A DNA stretch of 64,000 bases from an uncultured Alphaproteobacteria bacterium (GCA_963841595.1 CAWJDD010000005.1:361264-425263), one strand, 5' to 3'. Shown: positions 18,088-30,043, counted from the stretch's first letter. Made by a program: numbers and translations. The notes: generated by a model from the letters alone, not told the origin.

Positions 18088-20206
18088 ATGGCACGCGAAT
18101 ATCCCCTCGAGCGTTACCGTAACTTCGGGATCATGGCTCACATTGATGCAGGTAAGACCACCTGCTCCGAGCGGATCCTGTATTACACGGGCAAGTCGCA
18201 CAACATCGGCGAAGTGCACGATGGCGCTGCCACCATGGACTGGATGGAGCAAGAGCAAGAGCGTGGCATCACGATCACTTCTGCTGCGACCACCACGTTC
18301 TGGGAACGTACGGAAGACGGCACCACGCCAGACACCGAAAAGCACCGGATGAACATCATCGACACGCCGGGCCACGTGGACTTCACCATTGAAGTTGAGC
18401 GTTCCTTGGCTGTGCTTGACGGCGCAGTTGCTGTGCTAGACGCCAACGCTGGTGTTGAGCCGCAGACCGAAACGGTTTGGCGTCAGGCCGACCGTTACAA
18501 GGTTCCGCGGATTGTGTTCGTCAACAAGATGGACAAGATCGGCGCCGACTTCTTCAACTGCGTGCACATGATCAAGGATCGCACAGGCGCCACGCCGTGC
18601 CCGATCCAGATTCCGATTGGTTCCGAGACTGAACTTGAAGGCATCGTTGATCTGGTCACCATGGAAGAATGGGTCTGGGAAGGCGAAGACCTGGGCGCGT
18701 CGTGGATCAAAAAACCAATCCGCGACAGCCTGAAGGCCACCGCTGACGAATGGCGCGGCAAGTTGATCGAAACTGCCGTCGAAATGGACGACGACGCAAT
18801 GATGGAATATCTGGAAGGCAACGAGCCTGATGTTCCAACGCTGCGGTCGCTGATCCGTAAGGGCACGCTCGCCATCAAATTCATCCCCGTCCTTGCTGGC
18901 TCGGCCTTCAAGAACAAAGGTGTTCAGCCGCTGTTGAATGCGGTGATCGATTATCTGCCGGGCCCAAAAGACGTCGTCGACTATATGGGCTTCCGCCCTG
19001 ACGACGAAACCGAAACACGCGACATACCACGTCGTGCGGACGATGATATGCCGTTCTCGGGCCTTGCGTTCAAAATCATGAACGATCCTTACATGGGCAC
19101 GCTGACATTCACGCGTATCTACTCGGGTCAGATGACCAAAGGCGACACGCTTTTGAACTCGACGAAGGGCAAGAAAGAGCGCATCGGCCGTATGGTCATG
19201 ATGCACTCGAACAAGCAGGACGAGATCAGCGAAGCATTTGCTGGCGACATCATCGCGCTTGCCGGTCTGAAGGACACGACCACAGGAGACACGCTGTCGT
19301 CTGTGAACGATCCTGTCGTGCTTGAAACGATGACCTTCCCTGATCCGGTGATCGAAATCGCAGTCGAGCCCAAGACGAAGGCTGACCAGGAAAAAATGTC
19401 GCTTGGACTTCAGCGTCTGGCTGCCGAAGACCCGTCCTTCCGCGTCGAAACTGATCTGGAATCTGGTCAGACGATCATGAAGGGAATGGGCGAACTTCAC
19501 CTTGATATCCTGATCGACCGTCTGCGTCGTGAATTTAAGGTCGAAGCCAACATCGGCGCGCCTCAGGTTGCTTACCGCGAGACCATCGGTCACGAGGTCG
19601 AGCATACCTACACGCACAAGAAGCAGTCGGGTGGCTCTGGTCAGTTCGGCGAGGTGAAGATGATCATCTCTCCAACACCACCGGGCGAAGGATACTCGTT
19701 TGAAAGCCGCATCGTTGGTGGATGCGATTCCCAAGGAATACATCCCCGGTGTTGAAAAAGGCATCAATTCGGTCATGGACAGCGGTCCGCTGGCTGGCTT
19801 CCCTGTGATCGATTTCAAGGTGGCCCTGATCGACGGCAAGTTCCACGATGTGGACTCTTCGGTTCTGGCGTTCGAAATCGCCGCGCGTATGTGCATGCGT
19901 GAAGGCATGCGCAAAGCCGGTGCCAAACTGCTTGAGCCGATCATGAAGGTCGAAGTTGTGACACCGGAAGAATACACCGGTGGCATCATTGGTGACCTGA
20001 CGTCTCGCCGGGGTCAGGTGCAGGGTCAGGACAGCCGTGGCAACGCGATTGCAATCGACGCCTTTGTGCCACTGGCCAATATGTTCGGCTACATCAACAA
20101 CCTGCGGTCTATGTCGTCGGGTCGTGCGAACTTTACCATGCAGTTCGACCACTACGATCCGGTACCGCAGAACATCTCGGAAGAGATTCAGTCGAAATAC
20201 GCATAA
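18088..20206 (+). CDS. fusA: elongation factor G (one apparent frameshift)
   Basis: ATG at 18088 after [31 protein letters not shown]. ORFs 18007..19755 and 19700..20206 join at ...SRIVGG|[13 protein letters not shown] after removing the extra A at 19722. Confidence 0.97.
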
Positions 20207-20224
20207 CCGGGATGGCGGAATGAA

Positions 20225-20265
20225 CCCCGCCCTACCCACCACCCCGTAGGGCGGGACATCCCGCC
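20225..20265. repeat. REP-like palindromic element (family 1)
   Basis: CCCCGCCCTAC ... GTAGGGCGGG ACAT CCCGCC between fusA and tuf. Same core as the elements at 21481 and 27797..27852. Confidence 0.6.
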
Positions 20266-20293
20266 ACCCGATACGAAATAGAGGAGCCTTGAC

Positions 20294-21470
<1,177 letters not shown>

Positions 21471-21480
21471 ATGTAATTGC

Positions 21481-21504
21481 TAGGGCGGGGATAACCCCGC
21501 CTTA
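21481..21504. repeat. REP-like palindromic element (family 1)
   Basis: TAGGGCGGGG-ATAA-CCCCGCCTTA directly after the tuf stop. Confidence 0.6.
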
Positions 21505-21569
21505 CACCCTCTAATGAAGTTCGACGTGGAACCAGGGGGTTCCACCTCTCAACAGAAGGAAGAACGACA

Positions 21570-21884
21570 ATGGCAGCCGCCAGTCAGAACATCCGGATCA
21601 GGCTCAAAGCCTTTGATTACCGCGTGCTCGATGCTTCGACACAGGAAATCGTAAACACCGCCAAGCGGACGGGCGCCACAGTGCGCGGACCGATCCCAAT
21701 GCCGAACAAGATCGAGAAGTTCACGGTTCTCCGTGGTCCGCACGTCGACAAGAAGTCGCGCGACCAGTTCGAGATCCGGACGCACAAGCGTCTTCTTGAT
21801 ATCGTTGACCCCACTCCGCAGACCGTGGACGCGCTGATGAAGCTCGACCTTGCTGCCGGTGTGGACGTTCAGATTTCAGTTTAA
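21570..21884 (+). CDS. rpsJ: 30S ribosomal protein S10
   Basis: 104 aa, ...[16 protein letters not shown]... Confidence 0.98.
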   Translation: MAAASQNIRIRLKAFDYRVLDASTQEIVNTAKRTGATVRGPIPMPNKIEKFTVLRGPHVDKKSRDQFEIRTHKRLLDIVDPTPQTVDALMKLDLAAGVDVQISV

Positions 21885-21896
21885 GGAGGGCATGAT

Positions 21897-22760
21897 ATGT
21901 TGCGCTCCGGCGTTATCGCAAAAAAGGTCGGGATGACCCGGCTTTTCATGGATGACGGAAAGCAGATTCCTGTGACCGTCCTTCAACTCGACAAGCTTCA
22001 GGTTGTCGCCAAGCGAACTGCTGAAACAGACGGTTATTCCGCTGTTCAGTTGGGTGCAGGCACAGCAAAGGTAAAGCGGACATCCAAGGCCATGCGCGGC
22101 CACTTTGCCGTCGCCAAGGTTGAGCCCAAGCGGAAGATTGCGGAATTTCGGGTAGACCCGGAAAACCTGATCGACGTGGGCGAAGAGATCACCGCGAACC
22201 ATTATTTTGAAGGCCAGTTTGTTGACGTGTCTGGCACGTCGATCGGTAAGGGCTTTCAGGGTGCTATGAAGCGTTGGAACTTTGGCGGCCTTCGCGCCTC
22301 GCACGGCGTGTCGGTTTCGCACCGTTCGCACGGCTCGACCGGTCAGTGTCAGGATCCGGGTCGCGTCTTCAAGGGCAAGAAGATGGCCGGTCACATGGGT
22401 GCGGCCCGCGTCACAACGCAGAACCTGCAGGTTGTCCGCACAGATGCCGACCGTGGTCTGATCATGGTCAAAGGTGCTGTTCCCGGCTCTAAAGGTGGCT
22501 GGGTCACAATCAAGGACGCGGTAAAGAAGCCGCAACCTGACAATGTGATCTATCCTGCTGCGCTGAAATCAGCCGCTGCCGAAGCCGAGAAAGCTGCCGA
22601 AGCAGCAGCCGCAGCCGCCGCAGCCGAGGAAGAAGCAGCCGCAAAGGCAGCTGCCGAAGCCGAACAGGCAGCGCTGGAAGCCGCGGAAGCCGAAGCATCC
22701 GCGGATCCGATTGCCGAGGCTGAAGCAGCCGAAGCCGAGAAGAAGGACGGTGACGAATGA
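21897..22760 (+). CDS. rplC: 50S ribosomal protein L3 with Ala/Glu-rich C-terminal extension
   Basis: 287 aa, [17 protein letters not shown]... The core L3 is followed by about 70 aa of low-complexity A/E tail. Confidence 0.95.
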   Translation: MLRSGVIAKKVGMTRLFMDDGKQIPVTVLQLDKLQVVAKRTAETDGYSAVQLGAGTAKVKRTSKAMRGHFAVAKVEPKRKIAEFRVDPENLIDVGEEITANHYFEGQFVDVSGTSIGKGFQGAMKRWNFGGLRASHGVSVSHRSHGSTGQCQDPGRVFKGKKMAGHMGAARVTTQNLQVVRTDADRGLIMVKGAVPGSKGGWVTIKDAVKKPQPDNVIYPAALKSAAAEAEKAAEAAAAAAAAEEEAAAKAAAEAEQAALEAAEAEASADPIAEAEAAEAEKKDGDE

Positions 22761-23378
22761 AACTCGACGTGATCAAACTGGACGGCGGCAAAGCCGGGTC
22801 GGTCGATCTGGGCGACGAGATCTATCGGTCTCGAACCCCGCGTCGACATCCTGCACCGCGTCGTTCGCTGGCAGCGTAACAACGCGCAAGCGGGGACGCA
22901 CAAGGTCAAGACACGGTCCGAAGTTAAGTACTCGACCAAGAAAATCTATCGCCAGAAGGGCACCGGCGGCGCACGCCACGGTGCACGTTCGGCTCCGATC
23001 TTTCGCGGTGGTGGTGTTTATAAGGGCCCTGTATCGCGAAGCCACGGTCACGACCTGACCAAGAAGTTCCGCAAACTGGGCCTGAAGCACGCTCTTTCGT
23101 CGAAAGCGGCGACCGGCAATCTGGTGATCCTGGACGAAGCGACCGCTAAGGAAGCCAAGACCAGCGCACTTGCAAAGCAGCTGAAAGAGCTGGGCTGGAA
23201 GCGCGCGCTGATCATTGATGGTGCTGCGGTGGATGCGAACTTTGCACAAGCCGCACAGAACCTGACCGGGGTCGATGTGCTGCCGTCGATGGGCGCAAAT
23301 GTCTATGACATCCTGAAAAGTGACACGCTTGTGATCACCAAGGCAGGTGTCGAAGCACTGGAGGCTCGTTTGAAATGA
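22757..23378 (+). CDS. rplD: 50S ribosomal protein L4 (one apparent frameshift)
   Basis: ATGA overlap with the rplC stop. [23 protein letters not shown] then [25 protein letters not shown]... after removing the extra C at 22826. C-terminus is ORF 23124..23378. Confidence 0.93.
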
Positions 23379-23671
23379 CTGCCAAAGCAGAACAATACGA
23401 CGTGATCCGCAAGCCGATCATCACCGAGAAAGCCACCATGGCGTCCGAGAATGGCGCAGTGGTTTTCGAAGTGGCAATCGACGCGACCAAGCCCCAGATC
23501 AAAGAAGCCATCGAGGCGCTTTTTGGTGTGAAGGTCAAAGCGGTGAACACGACGATCACCAAAGGCAAAGTAAAGCGCTTCCGCGGCCAGTTGGGCAAGC
23601 GGAAGAACGTCAAGAAAGCCTATGTGACGCTTGAAGAAGGCAACACAATCGACGTGACCACCGGTCTTTAA
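23375..23671 (+). CDS. rplW: 50S ribosomal protein L23
   Basis: 98 aa, overlaps the rplD stop (ATGA). Confidence 0.97.
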   Translation: MTAKAEQYDVIRKPIITEKATMASENGAVVFEVAIDATKPQIKEAIEALFGVKVKAVNTTITKGKVKRFRGQLGKRKNVKKAYVTLEEGNTIDVTTGL

Positions 23672-23695
23672 GCATCACGCGACATTGAAAGTTCG

Positions 23696-23724
23696 AAGCC
23701 CCGGGTTTTGCCCGGGGCTTTTTT
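23696..23724 (+). terminator. strong intrinsic terminator directly after rplW (also faces the convergent gene)
   Basis: Perfect 10-bp stem AAGCCCCGGG / CCCGGGGCTT, loop TTTTG, followed by a T run. Confidence 0.8.
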
Positions 23725-23728
23725 CGTG

Positions 23729-24013
23729 TCACCGAGCCGGGCAGGCGATGGTGACATCATACCAGTTCATGCCGGGGCTCAACATAATAGGCGTCACCCG
23801 ATCAACCTTCACACTCACGACCCGATAGCCTTGCGGGCAAAGTTGATTGGACCAATGTTTCAAATGGGTGGCGTTCGGTCCGCCAAGACCTTGCACGTCG
23901 AGGGAGTAGTAATCTTCTCCGTTCTTGGTCCCAATTTTGTGGTCTTCCGGGGATACGGCACAGGCGCCAAGAAAACCGAGTGTAAGGCTCATTAAAAGAG
24001 CTTTTCGCAACAT
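23729..24013 (-). CDS. small lipoprotein, unknown function
   Basis: ATG at 24013 after GGAGG. MLRKALLMSLTLGFLGAC lipobox. 94 aa. Lower GC than the flanks. Confidence 0.6.
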   Translation of the reverse strand: MLRKALLMSLTLGFLGACAVSPEDHKIGTKNGEDYYSLDVQGLGGPNATHLKHWSNQLCPQGYRVVSVKVDRVTPIMLSPGMNWYDVTIACPAR

Positions 24014-24089
24014 GATTGCCTCCAATAAAATGTTTATTGGATCGGGATAGTTTCGAATTTTGGTACAAAAACAGCCATTTCTGGGCAAG

Positions 24090-24486
24090 TTGGTACCAAT
24101 TCATGGCAGAAAAATAAAAGCAGCGGCGCCGCTGAAAGCGCCCGTGTGTCCTATCGCCAAGGGGCTTACAGACCGAGTCAAGCCTTGCACGAAATTGCCG
24201 GTCGAGAAGGGCGAACCCTTCGGACGGTCGGGTAGTTGCTGTTGTTCGAACAGGGCGCAGAGTCTCGCGAAAGCGTTGAGATTTGGTGATCCGGGCGTGC
24301 GTTGCCCCCGGCACGGAATCAAGGCCGGAGGCCGCCGTGCCAGCGCCGGACCGGCCCCATGGGCCGGCGCTTTGGCTGGTCTTGGTGCAAAGCTTGGAGG
24401 GAAGATGTGTCTTCGCGGCCATTAATCGCAGGAGCGGAGCGTTCGGATGCGCCGCCCCACCGGCCCGGCGCTGGCACGGCTATAGT
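24090..24486. other. GC-rich non-coding island with long-range inverted repeats (candidate structured RNA or MITE-like element)
   Basis: No credible ORF. GCCGTGCCAGCGCCGG (24333..24348) is perfectly complementary to CCGGCGCTGGCACGGC (24465..24480). There are nested hairpins such as CCGGCCC-CAT-GGGCCGG. Confidence 0.4.
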
Positions 24487-24870
24487 TCAAAACTTCTTAA
24501 TCGTCATATCGCCTGCTGGATTAATCATGACCATCCAATCAAAGTTGTCATGCTCGGCCGTAACTTGCATCGCTTTCTGAAGGTCCGGAGCCAGTGTCAG
24601 GCCATCCCGGAGAGGTTCAATAGTACCCGAAATAAACACTGCTCGAAACAATGCACCCTTGGTCTGTGTCTGCTTTTCGATCACCGTTCGCACGTCCTCT
24701 TCGCCCAACTTTTGGTTGGAATAAAATGCCATTACTCGGTCTCGATTGGGGCTCTTGAAGTAACCAGTCTGCTCAACCGGATTGGTTGAAACCACGGTGG
24801 ATTGTCCAAAAGAATTTATCACGGCAAGTAATCCAGCGAGGATCACTAGTGATAGAATAAACTTTCTCAT
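24487..24870 (-). CDS. small secreted protein, unknown function
   Basis: ATG at 24870. [22 protein letters not shown] signal peptide. 127 aa. Low-GC segment. Confidence 0.55.
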   Translation of the reverse strand: MRKFILSLVILAGLLAVINSFGQSTVVSTNPVEQTGYFKSPNRDRVMAFYSNQKLGEEDVRTVIEKQTQTKGALFRAVFISGTIEPLRDGLTLAPDLQKAMQVTAEHDNFDWMVMINPAGDMTIKKF

Positions 24871-25081
24871 AAAATACGCTCTTAAATTGCATCGGCAATG
24901 GTATGTTCGCATAAGCTACGAGCCAAGCCAACTGGCCCCTAGACACCCCACCTCAACCTTGCTACCTACTCCCATCGCCCGCCTCGGATTCGTCCGGGGT
25001 GGTGTGCTTTTGGGGGAAAGCCCCGAAAAGAAACAGAAAAGCCGGGTTAACTCGGCGCGAAGCAAACGGAAGACAGAAAGC

Positions 25082-25921
25082 ATGGCACTTAAGTCGTATA
25101 AGCCGACGACGCCGGGCCAGCGCGGGCTGGTGCTGATCGACCGTTCGGAGCTTTGGAAAGGCCGTCCGGTCAAAGCCCTTACTGAGGGTTTGACCAAAAA
25201 GGCGGGCCGGAACAATACCGGACGGATCACGATGCGTCGTCGTGGTGGGGGCGCAAAGCGTCTATACCGGATCGTAGATTTCAAGCGTAACAAGCTTGAA
25301 GAAGCGGTTATTTCCCGGATTGAATATGACCCGAACCGGACTGCGTTTATCGCGCTGATCCAGTACTCGGATGGCGAACAAGCCTATATCATTGCGCCGC
25401 AGCGTTTGGCTGTTGGTGACAAGGTTGTCGCTGGCGACAAGGTCGACGTGAAGCCCGGCAATTGCATGCCCTTCACCGGGATGCCCATCGGAACAATCGT
25501 CCACAACATCGAGATGAAGCCCGGCAAGGGTGGCCAGATCGCACGCGCAGCAGGCACCTATGCTCAGTTCGTCGGTCGTGACGGTGGTTACGCGCAGATC
25601 CGGCTGTCCAGCGGTGAACTTCGCATGGTCCGTCAGGAATGCCGCGCCACGGTTGGTGCGGTGTCGAACCCTGACAACTCGAACCAGAACTACGGCAAGG
25701 CGGGCCGCATGCGTCACAAGGGCATCCGCCCAAGTGTGCGCGGCGTTGTCATGAACCCGATCGACCACCCGCATGGCGGTGGTGAAGGCCGGACCTCTGG
25801 TGGTCGTCATCCGGTCACCCCTTGGGGCAAGCCAACAAAGGGTGCACGTACCCGGAACAAGAACAAAGCGTCGTCCAGGCTGATTATTCGCAGCCGTCAC
25901 GCCAAGAAGAAGGGCCGCTAG
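25082..25921 (+). CDS. rplB: 50S ribosomal protein L2
   Basis: [17 protein letters not shown]... 279 aa, taken from within ORF 24782..25921. Confidence 0.97.
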   Translation: MALKSYKPTTPGQRGLVLIDRSELWKGRPVKALTEGLTKKAGRNNTGRITMRRRGGGAKRLYRIVDFKRNKLEEAVISRIEYDPNRTAFIALIQYSDGEQAYIIAPQRLAVGDKVVAGDKVDVKPGNCMPFTGMPIGTIVHNIEMKPGKGGQIARAAGTYAQFVGRDGGYAQIRLSSGELRMVRQECRATVGAVSNPDNSNQNYGKAGRMRHKGIRPSVRGVVMNPIDHPHGGGEGRTSGGRHPVTPWGKPTKGARTRNKNKASSRLIIRSRHAKKKGR

Positions 25922-25922
25922 T

Positions 25923-26201
25923 ATGGGTCGTTCAGTATGGAAAGGTCCCTTCGTCGACAGCTATGTCTTGAAGAAGGCCGAAAAATCACGCGAGAGCGGA
26001 CGGAACGAGGTCATCAAGATCTGGTCGCGCCGCTCGACGATCCTGCCCCAGTTCGTTGGTCTGACCTTCGGCGTTTACAACGGGCATAAGCACATTCCGG
26101 TGAACGTGTCAGAAGACATGATCGGCCAGAAGTTCGGTGAGTATTCACCGACGCGGACCTATTACGGTCACGCGGCTGATAAAAAAGCGAAAAGGAAATA
26201 A
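25923..26201 (+). CDS. rpsS: 30S ribosomal protein S19
   Basis: 92 aa, [12 protein letters not shown]... Confidence 0.98.
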   Translation: MGRSVWKGPFVDSYVLKKAEKSRESGRNEVIKIWSRRSTILPQFVGLTFGVYNGHKHIPVNVSEDMIGQKFGEYSPTRTYYGHAADKKAKRK

Positions 26202-26204
26202 GCC

Positions 26205-26585
26205 ATGAGCAAGGAAAAGAATCCTCGCCGCGTGGCGGACAATGAAGCGATGGCCAAGACGCGTCTTCTGCGCATATCGCCTCAGAAACTGAACTTGGTT
26301 GCAGCGATGATCCGCGGCAAGAAGGTAGAAAAGGCTTTGACCGATCTTACCTTCTCGAAGCGTCGGATTTCGGCCGATGTGAAGAAATGCCTTCAGTCAG
26401 CCATCGCCAATGCTGAAAACAACCACAACCTGGACGTCGACGAGCTGATCGTCGCAGAAGCTTGGGTCGGCAAAGGCCTGGTGCTGAAGCGTGGCCGTCC
26501 GCGGGCACGTGGCCGGTTCGGCGCATTGCGCAAGCCGTTTGCTGAAATCACCATCAAGGTTCGCCAGATCGAGGAGCAAGCGTAA
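26205..26585 (+). CDS. rplV: 50S ribosomal protein L22
   Basis: 126 aa. Confidence 0.97.
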   Translation: MSKEKNPRRVADNEAMAKTRLLRISPQKLNLVAAMIRGKKVEKALTDLTFSKRRISADVKKCLQSAIANAENNHNLDVDELIVAEAWVGKGLVLKRGRPRARGRFGALRKPFAEITIKVRQIEEQA

Positions 26586-27300
26586 TGGGACATAAGGTAA
26601 ACCCCGTTGGGATGCGCCTTCAGGTCAACCGGACCTGGGACAGCCGCTGGTATGCCGACACGAAGGAATATGGTGATCTTCTGCTGGAAGACATCAAAAT
26701 CCGCGAGTTCATCAAAGAAGAATGCAAGCAAGCCGGCATCAGCCGTGTGATCATCGAACGTCCGCACAAAAAGTGCCGCGTCACGGTTCACACAGCCCGT
26801 CCCGGTGTGATCATCGGCAAGAAAGGCGCAGACATCGAAGGTCTGCGCAAGAAGCTGGCCGAGATTACCGATAGCGAGCTTCACCTGAACATCGTTGAAG
26901 TTCGCAAGCCCGAACTGGACGCCGCCCTTGTGGCCGAAGGCATCGCGCAGCAGCTTGAGCGTCGTGTGTCTTTCCGCCGTGCCATGAAGCGCGCGTGCAG
27001 AACGCGATGCGCATGGGCTCGCTTGGTATTCGCGTCAACGTTGCGGGTCGTCTTGGCGGTGCTGAGATTGCGCGGACCGAATGGTATCGCGAAGGTCGCG
27101 TGCCGCTGCACACGCTGCGCGCCGATATCGACTATGCACTGGCCGAGGCGAAGACGCCTTATGGTATCATCGGGATCAAGGTCTGGATCTTCAAAGGCGA
27201 GATCATGGAACACGATCCGCAGGCACATGATCGTCGTCAGCAGGAACTGCAGGAGGGCCCAGGTCCTCGTGGGTCCGGCGGCGGTCGTGGCCGGAACTAG
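26585..27300 (+). CDS. rpsC: 30S ribosomal protein S3 (one apparent frameshift)
   Basis: [12 protein letters not shown]...RRAMKRA then [27 protein letters not shown]... in ORF 26995..27300. One G appears to be missing near 26994. Confidence 0.95.
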
Positions 27301-27311
27301 GAGCTGATAAG

Positions 27312-27725
27312 ATGCTGCAACCAAAGCGCACCAAATTCCGGAAGATGCACAAAGGCCGTATCCGGGGCGAAGCCAAAGGCGGTTCCGACCTGAACTTCGG
27401 CACTTACGGTCTGAAGGCGATCGAGCCCGAGCGTGTCACTGCGCGCCAGATCGAAGCCGCACGTCGTGCCATGACGCGTCACATGAAGCGTCAGGGCCGT
27501 GTCTGGATCCGTATTTTCCCGGACACGCCGGTCACCTCCAAGCCCGTCGAAGTTCGTATGGGTAAAGGTAAAGGTTCCGTCGATTTCTGGGCCTGCAAGG
27601 TCAAGCCAGGCCGCGTGATGTTCGAGATCGACGGCGTCAACGACGCCGTCGCCCGCGAGGCACTGCGTCTGGCAGCGATGAAGCTGCCGGTCAAGACACG
27701 CACGATTGTTCGCGAGGATTGGTAA
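27312..27725 (+). CDS. rplP: 50S ribosomal protein L16
   Basis: 137 aa, [16 protein letters not shown]... Confidence 0.98.
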   Translation: MLQPKRTKFRKMHKGRIRGEAKGGSDLNFGTYGLKAIEPERVTARQIEAARRAMTRHMKRQGRVWIRIFPDTPVTSKPVEVRMGKGKGSVDFWACKVKPGRVMFEIDGVNDAVAREALRLAAMKLPVKTRTIVREDW

Positions 27726-27796
27726 AACCAATCCTCTGTGCGGTGTAGCGAGTTTTCGAAGAAAACTTGCGGGCCACACCACGGTTGGATTTAAGC

Positions 27797-27815
27797 GGTG
27801 GGGTGAAACCCCACC
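27797..27815. repeat. REP-like palindromic element (family 1, inverted copy)
   Basis: GGTGGGG-TGAAA-CCCCACC followed by CTAC. Near reverse complement of the unit at 27831..27852. Confidence 0.55.
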
Positions 27816-27830
27816 CTACATAAAAACGGT

Positions 27831-27860
27831 AGGGCGGGGTTTCACCCCGCCTTTTCTTTT
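27831..27860 (+). terminator. terminator after rplP built from a family-1 REP unit
   Basis: GGCGGGG-TTTCA-CCCCGCC followed by TTTTCTTTT. Confidence 0.7.
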
Positions 27861-27885
27861 GGGGCGCCATGGTCGCGGATCAGTT

Positions 27886-28227
27886 CTATTTCACTTCTGA
27901 ATCAATGAACGGCGAGTACTTTAGAAAGCCATAGACTCTTGGGTCATCGATGCCTTCGATTTCACCATCAATAATCCCTTGCACTAAAGAAAGAGCGTCG
28001 GTGAATCCGCCACGATATCGCCAATTTATTCCATTACGATTTATATACTCCACAACCAGCGACACGGTTTTGCCGGTGATTATTTCTCTTTCATCATCTG
28101 GCATTGAAGGTGTGAGTTTTTTTTGCTCTTGGATACTTGCGACTAGCCGCTGATCCTTCACCGCAAATTCCACGAAACGCCTAACTTCGGTCATTGTCGG
28201 CTTTTGGCCATCGTATCTCATTGCCAT
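27886..28227 (-). CDS. hypothetical protein (AT-rich orphan)
   Basis: 113-aa ORF in a clearly lower-GC segment. No family recognised. Confidence 0.45.
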   Translation of the reverse strand: MAMRYDGQKPTMTEVRRFVEFAVKDQRLVASIQEQKKLTPSMPDDEREIITGKTVSLVVEYINRNGINWRYRGGFTDALSLVQGIIDGEIEGIDDPRVYGFLKYSPFIDSEVK

Positions 28228-28459
28228 CGTTTAACTCCCTATGAGTTCTGACTAGGGCGTGAACTTGGCGCGATTACCTGTCCATTGATATCAGCTTTTT
28301 CCCGGGCGACCAGCCCGGGCCGCGCCTGACCCTCCCAAAGGGAGGGCGCATTGCAACGCCTCAAAGACCACAACTGATGGAGGTGGGCTGCACAATTAGC
28401 CGCTCTCGTTCAATCGTCGCGAAAGCGCCCACACAGGGTCAGGTGCATCCCTCCGCCCT

Positions 28460-29212
28460 CTACTCCGCAGGAACTGACTTCAGATGTGGCGCCCCACTTC
28501 GGTTGGCGACAAACTCAGGCCCGTCCAACACGCCGATCTCTGACATCTCGTCCCTCAACCGATGAAGCTGGGCCGTGACCGAGGTTTCCTCGACGTCCAC
28601 CTCTTCCATCAGCCGCTTCAACTCTCGCAGGTCGCCGTGGGTCTGCTGAATACGCGCGTCCAAAGCCTTGGCATCCGCATGGCGCTGCACCAAGGCATCG
28701 CGCACCCGCGCAATTTTGGCGTCGGAATAGACCTCGGCCAGTTCATGGCTCTGCTCGCTCATCTGAGCGGCAATCGTCAGCAATTCGGCATCCATCTCGG
28801 CCAGATCAGGTTGCGCCTTCAGGAACTGATAGCGTTCCCGCACCGCATCAAACTCGCGACGCATCTCGAATGTCTCAGCCCGGTCGGCCATATGTGCGGC
28901 GCGGTAGGCGCGGGTGACGTCGTCCATGTCGATCTCGAAGCGGCGATGCGAGGTTTCAAGCTGCAGCACACGCCGCGCCGAGGGCAGGAACAGCGCGATC
29001 ATCACCAAAAGCGCCGTAACACCGATTTGAAGCGCCTGTCCGGACCATGCAACTTCGGCACCGCCGTAGGTCAGCGCAATGTCCGGCCAGGGTAAAATCC
29101 CCGTGAAGGAAAGCGCAGTCGCGACCACAGCCGCCGCCGCTGCAATCCCACAAACCACCATCGATGCGGCCTGTCCGATTCTATTCAACGTGGAAAAGCT
29201 TTGAAAAATCAT
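28460..29212 (-). CDS. membrane protein with C-terminal coiled-coil, unknown function
   Basis: 250 aa. Two or three N-terminal TM helices, then a charged helical region. Confidence 0.6.
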   Translation of the reverse strand: MIFQSFSTLNRIGQAASMVVCGIAAAAAVVATALSFTGILPWPDIALTYGGAEVAWSGQALQIGVTALLVMIALFLPSARRVLQLETSHRRFEIDMDDVTRAYRAAHMADRAETFEMRREFDAVRERYQFLKAQPDLAEMDAELLTIAAQMSEQSHELAEVYSDAKIARVRDALVQRHADAKALDARIQQTHGDLRELKRLMEEVDVEETSVTAQLHRLRDEMSEIGVLDGPEFVANRSGAPHLKSVPAE

Positions 29213-29365
29213 TTTGTTAACTCACTACTCACTGCACTGCCCAAATTTTAACATAATTCCGAAGAATCCCGGATCTCAAGGTTGGAAACAATCTGTCGCC
29301 ACAACTGAAAAGTGTTATAACAGTCGCACTGTTCTTGGGCGAAGCGCTGCGCTAAACCCTGAGCC

Positions 29366-29971
29366 ATGAAAATCAGGTCTCTTTTCGTCACCCGCCTTTA
29401 CCAATCTGAACTCGATGGTATCGACCAAAACGAGCTGGAAGCCTCGTGCCTATCCATCGCCGAAGACGATGAGGCAGGGCAGACGTGGTGCGATGAAAAC
29501 GATTTTCCCGGATATACCAGTTACGCCAGCCTGTCCGATCTGCCCTGGCGTTTCCCGATTTTCGAAGAGCTAAAGCAGCAACTCGACACCCATGTCGCCA
29601 CCTTCGCCGAAGACCTGGCCTTCGACCTCGACGGTCGTGGCCTCGAGCTTGAAGACATCTGGATCAACATCCTGCCCCAAGGCGGCATCCACACGGCCCA
29701 TATCCACCCTCACAGCGTGATCAGTGGCACCACCTATGTCGCCATGCCAGACGGGGCCAGCGCCATCAAATTCGAAGACCCGCGCCACGCCATGATGATG
29801 GCAGCCCCGGCCCGCCTGAAAGACGCACCGGAAGACCTGCAAAGCTTCGTCTATGTAAAGCCCAAGGTGGGCGATGTGCTCTTGTGGGAAAGCTGGCTAA
29901 GGCACGAGGTGCCCATGAATATGGCCGAAGACGACCGCATCAGCGTCAGCTTCAACTATAAATGGGCGTAA
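29366..29971 (+). CDS. TIGR02466-like putative 2OG-Fe(II) oxygenase family protein
   Basis: 201 aa. HIHPHS...WESWLRHEV pattern recalled from the 2OG-FeII_Oxy_5/TIGR02466 family. Confidence 0.55.
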   Translation: MKIRSLFVTRLYQSELDGIDQNELEASCLSIAEDDEAGQTWCDENDFPGYTSYASLSDLPWRFPIFEELKQQLDTHVATFAEDLAFDLDGRGLELEDIWINILPQGGIHTAHIHPHSVISGTTYVAMPDGASAIKFEDPRHAMMMAAPARLKDAPEDLQSFVYVKPKVGDVLLWESWLRHEVPMNMAEDDRISVSFNYKWA

Positions 29972-30043
29972 AAGCCCTTCGTCTGTCTCTCGTGCATTGC
30001 CCCGCAATGCACTGCCGATAGGCGATTGAACCAATCGCCGTTA

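Noticed and set aside
22560-22750. GCC/GAA/GCA-rich repetitive DNA that looked at first like a tandem-repeat array
   Set aside because: It is in frame with rplC and encodes the Ala/Glu tail. It has no fixed repeat unit and no spacer structure, so it is not CRISPR-like.
24270-24335. Weak resemblance of GGTGATCCGGGC...CCCCCGGCACGG...AAGGCCGGAGGCCGCC to the cobalamin riboswitch core and B12 box
   Set aside because: The invariant GCCACTG element and the GGGAA/P3 region are missing. The spacing between core and B12 box is wrong. No B12-related gene lies downstream on that strand.
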